Below, in pieces: positions 59,251 to 64,000 of a stretch of DNA of 64,000 bases. Source of the stretch: Marinicella sp. (lineage in GTDB: Bacteria; Pseudomonadota; Gammaproteobacteria; Xanthomonadales; Marinicellaceae). The stretch spans positions 3,040,001 to 3,104,000 of the forward strand of contig OZ246001.1 in assembly GCA_965230295.1 (NCBI GenBank). Direction: 5' to 3'. Position 1 is the stretch's first letter. Each line of letters begins with the position of its first letter. Below the pieces are notes generated by a model. That model was not told the DNA's origin, made no database searches, and saw nothing but the letters and a program-made list of their open reading frames with translations. The translations under genes and the position numbers were made by a program.

Positions 59251-60431
59251 TGATGGTGGCTTTTTAACAGGCTCTTGGCCAATGATATTTTATGTACTTC
59301 ATCCGGGCCGTCATAAATTCTTGCCGCCCGTTCTTCACGATAGAAGAACGCGACCATGCTGTCATCGGTCATACCCAGTGCTCCCATAGACTGTAACGCT
59401 TTATCCACCACTGATTGTAACATGTTGGCACATTCGAATTTAATCATTGATATGTGGTGCTTGGCGGCATCAAAGCCTTGTTCGTCGATGATGCGAGCTG
59501 TTTCCATCACCAAACACCGGGATGCATTCATCGCTGCAAAAGATTCAGCAATCATGGTCTGAATAACGGCTTGATCTGCCAGCACACTGTTGGCTGTTAT
59601 CGGTCTTTGTTTGACATGACTACACATCAAATCAAAGCACCTTCTGGCTATACCGATCCAACGCATGCAGTGTTGGATGCGACCAGGTCCCAGGCGTTGT
59701 TGGGCCATTTTAAAGCCAGTACCTCGTTGGCCGATTAAATGATTGGCGGGTACTTTGCAATCAGTGAACTCAACTTCGCTGTGTGAGTAATACCCGGACC
59801 CACTGTGGCCCATAACTGGGATGTTTCTTATGTTTTTATATCCAGGGTTGTCCAGCGGCACAATGATCATGCTGGCTCGTTTGTGCTTGGGAGCGTCTGG
59901 ATCTGTCACGGCCATCACGATGGTGAATGTGGCACCATCTGCAGCCGTGGTAAACCACTTTCTACCATTGATCACCCAATGGTCATCAATCAATTCTGCT
60001 GAGGCCTCTAACATGGTTGGATTGGACCCGGCTGTGTGTGGTTCTGTCATGGCAAAACAGCTGCGTATCTTGCCCTGGGCTAACGGCAGTAGGAAGTTAT
60101 CTTTGATGAAGTCATTGGCGTATAAATGCAACAACTCCGCGTTGCCTGCATCGGGTGCCTGGCAACCGAAACAGTAATGTCCCAGAGGTGATTGACCAGT
60201 GACCTCCGAGATTTGACCCAACTGGCTGGTGGTTAATGACATGCCGCCCACAGAAGCGGGTAAATTGGGTGCCCACAACCCGGCTGCTTTGACCTGTTCG
60301 CGCACTTGGTCCAATTGCGAATAGAGCTCATCCCATTGTTGGGTAAGGAATAAAGGCTCCAGTGGGATGACTTGTTGCTTGATAATGGTCGCAATGGCTT
60401 GCAACATGTCTTGAAAGTTATTTTGGCTCAT
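59247..60431 (-). CDS. Acyl-CoA dehydrogenase (ACAD10/11, LvaC-like)
   Basis: CQAPDAGNAE, FAMTEP, RLGPGRIQHCMR, IYDGPDEVH; start MSQNN. Confidence 0.9.
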   Translation of the reverse strand: MSQNNFQDMLQAIATIIKQQVIPLEPLFLTQQWDELYSQLDQVREQVKAAGLWAPNLPASVGGMSLTTSQLGQISEVTGQSPLGHYCFGCQAPDAGNAELLHLYANDFIKDNFLLPLAQGKIRSCFAMTEPHTAGSNPTMLEASAELIDDHWVINGRKWFTTAADGATFTIVMAVTDPDAPKHKRASMIIVPLDNPGYKNIRNIPVMGHSGSGYYSHSEVEFTDCKVPANHLIGQRGTGFKMAQQRLGPGRIQHCMRWIGIARRCFDLMCSHVKQRPITANSVLADQAVIQTMIAESFAAMNASRCLVMETARIIDEQGFDAAKHHISMIKFECANMLQSVVDKALQSMGALGMTDDSMVAFFYREERAARIYDGPDEVHKISLAKSLLKSHHQ

Positions 60432-60590
60432 GTGTTGTTCTGATTGTGGGATGAAGTATCTGACCGGTTGGTTCGTGCACCAAAGTACATCAAAGGTTGG
60501 GCTGCAGGTACTGTATTTGTCTTCATGGAACTGCTTATGTTCGGGTGAGTAAGCAATGCCCAAAGACACCAATTTTCGATGATTATAACA

Positions 60591-60614
60591 AAAAGCGAGT
60601 GAATGTTCGCTTTT
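60591..60614. promoter_or_regulatory. Palindrome in a divergent promoter (candidate TetR operator)
   Basis: AAAAGCGA-GTGAATGT-TCGCTTTT. Confidence 0.5.
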
Positions 60615-60631
60615 TTTGTTAAGATGCCCCG

Positions 60632-61432
60632 ATGAAGAAAAAAGTCATGGTAATAACTGGTGCTGCCAGTGGTTTGGGACGGGCGATCGCGTTGGCAGCG
60701 GCCCAAGATGGGTACGACATTGCTGTTGTGGATGTGCAACAAGAAGCTGGTCTTGAGACGGTCGAAGAAATCAATCATTACGACGTTGAGGCGGCCTATT
60801 TTCATTGTGATGTAGGCCAGGCAGATGCCTTGTTAACTCTCAAAGATCAAGTCATGTCTCACTTTGGTCAAGTTGATGTCTTGATCAACAACGCCGGTGT
60901 GGGATCTCAGGGTACTGTGTGTGAATCTGATGAAGCCCAATGGCAACGCCAATGGCAAATAAACCTGATGGGTGTGGTCAGAGGCTGTCAAGCGTTTGTA
61001 CCTCAACTGAAGCGCAGCCCATCTCCAGCGATTGTTAATGTGGCATCTTTTGCAGCAATTGCTTTGGCGCCCGGGGTGGCCTCATATAACGTGGTCAAGG
61101 CAGGGGTTTTGGCTTTGAGTGAAACGCTCAGGGGAGAACTGGCGGTGGACAACATACATGTATCGGTGGTTTGCCCCGCCTTCTTCAAAACCAACTTGGT
61201 AGAATCGATGCATGATGCCAATGATAAAATCAAAAATCAAATCAACCGTTGGATGGACAACTCCAATTACACCGCCGATGATGTGGCCCGGATGATTCTG
61301 GCTGCTGTCAAAAACAAACAGTTTATGGTGTTGTGCGACAGCCAAACCAAATGGCAGTACCGCATTTCACGCTGGCTGCCCAACTACTTTTTCAAACAAA
61401 AACTTAAAATGGTCAAGAGGATGTTCAAATGA
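60632..61432 (+). CDS. Short-chain dehydrogenase/reductase
   Basis: TGAASGLG, NNAG, YNVVK. Confidence 0.92.
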   Translation: MKKKVMVITGAASGLGRAIALAAAQDGYDIAVVDVQQEAGLETVEEINHYDVEAAYFHCDVGQADALLTLKDQVMSHFGQVDVLINNAGVGSQGTVCESDEAQWQRQWQINLMGVVRGCQAFVPQLKRSPSPAIVNVASFAAIALAPGVASYNVVKAGVLALSETLRGELAVDNIHVSVVCPAFFKTNLVESMHDANDKIKNQINRWMDNSNYTADDVARMILAAVKNKQFMVLCDSQTKWQYRISRWLPNYFFKQKLKMVKRMFK

Positions 61433-62490
61433 ATGAAGCCGCAAGTAACTGGATGATTTATGGAGCCACCGGTTATTCTGGTGAGCTGATTACGGCACAT
61501 GCAGTGGCGTCTGGCTTAAAACCAGTCCTGGCAGGGCGGAATGAAAACAAAGTCAAAGCATTGGCCGAAAAATATGGTCTGGATTACCGTGTATTCAGTA
61601 TCGATATGTTGTCACAATCAGATGCTTTGATTGCTCAAATGGACTTGGTACTGAATTGTGCCGGTCCTTTTTCACAGACGGCAGATGTGGTGATGCAAGC
61701 TTGTTTGAAACAACAAGCGCATTACCTGGACATCACCGGTGAGATTGATGTTTTTGAATTGGCTGCCAGTTTAGACGCTGCTGCGAAAGAACGTGAAGTG
61801 GTATTGTGCCCTGGTGTCGGGTTCGATGTGATACCTACCGATTGCGTGGCAGGAAAATTGAAGACCATGATGCCTGATGCCACAGATTTGACCCTTGGGT
61901 TTGACTCTCGTTCTGGGTTCAGTCCAGGAACTGCAAAAACATCAGTTGAAGCCTTGCCGCATGGAGGCAAAGTGAGAAAGGCAGGAGAGATAGTGACTGT
62001 GCCTTTGGCAGCGAACACCCGAAAAATTGACTTTGGTGGTGGTGAAAAGTTAGCGATGACCATTCCTTGGGGAGATGTTTCTACCGCCTATCACAACACC
62101 AACATTCCAAATATTGAAGTGTATATTCCCGCATCACCAGGCATGATCAAACAAGTCAAAAGAATGAACTGGTTTAAACCTGTTTTGGGGTTGGGCTTTG
62201 TACAAAATTTCTTGAAGAGGCGCATTGAGAAAAAAGTCAAAGGTCCTGACCAGGCAACCCGGGCAAAATTAACCACATTTGTGTGGGGTGAGGTCAAAAA
62301 TGCGGCCGGTGAGGTCAACACGTACCGCATCGAAGTGGCCAATGGTTATGAGGTGACTGCGACTGGATCGGTCTATGTGGCACAAGCTTTGTTGGGAGGC
62401 CTTGCTGAGTCTAATGGTTATCAGACGCCATCAACATTGTTAGGTATTGATTTGATTGAGAAATTACCAGGCACAACAATCATTGGCTGA
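61429..62490 (+). CDS. Saccharopine dehydrogenase-family oxidoreductase
   Basis: IYGATGYSG, NCAGPF, YLDITGE, GFDVIPTD. Confidence 0.88.
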   Translation: MNEAASNWMIYGATGYSGELITAHAVASGLKPVLAGRNENKVKALAEKYGLDYRVFSIDMLSQSDALIAQMDLVLNCAGPFSQTADVVMQACLKQQAHYLDITGEIDVFELAASLDAAAKEREVVLCPGVGFDVIPTDCVAGKLKTMMPDATDLTLGFDSRSGFSPGTAKTSVEALPHGGKVRKAGEIVTVPLAANTRKIDFGGGEKLAMTIPWGDVSTAYHNTNIPNIEVYIPASPGMIKQVKRMNWFKPVLGLGFVQNFLKRRIEKKVKGPDQATRAKLTTFVWGEVKNAAGEVNTYRIEVANGYEVTATGSVYVAQALLGGLAESNGYQTPSTLLGIDLIEKLPGTTIIG

Positions 62491-62495
62491 TATGA

Positions 62496-62641
62496 GGAAT
62501 GTTCTTGGGGCTTCATTCACTTTTATCCCTGACAAAAGTGAAAACGACCGCGGCGAACATGACTTGCTACTTTGCGCTCTTCGCCTCTGATTCGCTATGC
62601 TCACCAACCGGCTCGGCGGGTCAAGCTGCTCAGCAGCTTTC
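62496..62641. repeat. Modular MITE-like repeat, copy 5
   Basis: Colinear with 33713-33860. Confidence 0.8.
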
Positions 62642-62659
62642 AGTTGTGTAATACGAATT

Positions 62660-62673
62660 TGTAACTACATGTA
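62660..62673 (-). promoter_or_regulatory. RstA-box-like site
   Basis: Minus strand TACATGTAGTTACA fits the consensus. Confidence 0.45.
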
Positions 62674-62769
62674 TTTGACTGTTGGTAAAATGTTGCATTG
62701 ACCTATAAACATACCTTTTGCTATTGATTTATTGGTATCATGTATCTGTTGATAATAACGGATGTACCA

Positions 62770-64000
62770 ATGAAATATACTTTTTTGGCGTTTTTTCTGA
62801 TTCTTAGTGGTTGGGCTCAGTCTGCATTGAAGCCTGCAGATGGGCTGTGGCGAAGCACTGATGATCCGGACATTGGATCTGGTTTGATGATGGTGACACA
62901 AGGCGACATTACACTGATCAGTATTTATTCTTACACCCTTGAAGGTAAACCTAAGTGGTATCTGGCAGTCGGCCAAGTAGATGAAAATGGATTATTAACT
63001 GCGGATTTGATAGAAACATTCAGTGGAACTTCCATTTTGGCTGATCATCCTGATTCAGCTTCTGTTGTGAGTGAAGTAAGGCAGTTAACCATCCAATTTG
63101 ACGGGGTACAAACTGCCAGATTTGCCATTGATGACAGTGACTATAAATCAATCCAACCGCTTACATTTGGACACTCGTCTTTCATAACTGAACACCTCAA
63201 CCTCAGTGATGGAACATTTTATGCGGTACCTGACCCAACGGGATCTTGGGCTCTTGCAGATCCAAGTGGTGGAGATGCTTATGTTTTAACACTTGCGGAA
63301 GTCGACGGTGATTCAACTGAACCATTTCTACAAAAGTATTATTCCAGCAGCCACAGCAGTACAGAAAACTGGTTGCTCAAATGTCCTCATCAATTCTTTC
63401 CAAACACATTGCCATTTTCTCAGCCATTTTGTGTTTTAGATAGAAATAACGAAAATCTGGAGCCATTGCGATTACCCTTCAATGAATTGAGTTATGGTCA
63501 CATGGCTTTGAAATCTCAGAACGATGTTACTTTCGTTGGCCATCGAACTCGCTTTGATCATGGTTTGAAACCCAATGATGGGTATTGGCGCCCTGAAGAT
63601 GATCCTGACATCGGCAGTGGTGTGGTGATGACCACCCAAGGTGATGTGACAGTGGTTTTGATTTACAGCTATGATGATCTGGGCCTGCCTGTTTGGCAAA
63701 TTGCCAGCGGGGTGTTTGATGCTCAAGGTCTACTTCAGACGCCTTTGATTTCGACCACAGGCGGTTCACCGATAGAGGTCAATGGTAAGACCACAGCAAT
63801 TGTGACTGGGTTAACCCAAAGCTTAGAAATTCAATTGATTGGCACAGAGCTGGCCACTTTCAGTATCGACGGTTCAACCCCTAAACACATCCAAGTTAAT
63901 AATTTTGGAGCTGAACTGTATTCAACAGAGCAAGTTCAAGTGAATGAGAAATCCTATCAATTTCCTGATCAAGCCGGACAGTGGCTGGTGGTTGATAATC
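62770..64000 (+). CDS. Secreted protein with a duplicated ~250-aa domain (runs off the window)
   Basis: MKYTFLAFFLILSGWAQSA signal; LKPADGLWRSTDDPDIGSG...TQGD..IYSY repeated as LKPNDGYWRPEDDPDIGSG...TQGD..IYSY. Confidence 0.8.
   Translation, partial: MKYTFLAFFLILSGWAQSALKPADGLWRSTDDPDIGSGLMMVTQGDITLISIYSYTLEGKPKWYLAVGQVDENGLLTADLIETFSGTSILADHPDSASVVSEVRQLTIQFDGVQTARFAIDDSDYKSIQPLTFGHSSFITEHLNLSDGTFYAVPDPTGSWALADPSGGDAYVLTLAEVDGDSTEPFLQKYYSSSHSSTENWLLKCPHQFFPNTLPFSQPFCVLDRNNENLEPLRLPFNELSYGHMALKSQNDVTFVGHRTRFDHGLKPNDGYWRPEDDPDIGSGVVMTTQGDVTVVLIYSYDDLGLPVWQIASGVFDAQGLLQTPLISTTGGSPIEVNGKTTAIVTGLTQSLEIQLIGTELATFSIDGSTPKHIQVNNFGAELYSTEQVQVNEKSYQFPDQAGQWLVVDN

Overview
Bacterial window, probably a marine gammaproteobacterium (Marinicella/Xanthomonadales-like by gene style; this is inference). 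(1) About 1-22.8 kb is a visibly AT-rich accessory region. It holds a tandem array of seven secreted DUF285/BspA-like repeat proteins plus two decayed copies, three tiny Sm/Hfq-fold-like ORFs, two paralogous two-hairpin sRNA candidates, an EAL pseudogene, a hemerythrin-like protein, a hydrolase and an ankyrin lipoprotein. Nearly every transcription unit here has the same promoter: three or more ATCAG boxes phased at 11 bp, then a 21-nt spacer, then a -10-like hexamer. This looks like an undescribed regulon. (2) 23-33 kb is a DNR-controlled denitrification cluster: dnr, a nirS with an extra tethered cytochrome c, a TonB-dependent heme-type receptor, NorH-like/norC/norB and a porin. No heme d1 biosynthesis genes are in the window, so heme d1 salvage is possible. 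(3) 33-64 kb contains mipA-DUF3019-rstAB-like genes, SIMPL, sdaA, radA, a REP-flanked GIY-YIG element with two deletion derivatives, an ArsR + MMPL/LolA-like/barrel operon, a TonB receptor, a DUF3011 protein, an Lva-like acyl-CoA cluster, and five copies of a modular MITE-like repeat. Family assignments come from motif recognition only; no searches were run.
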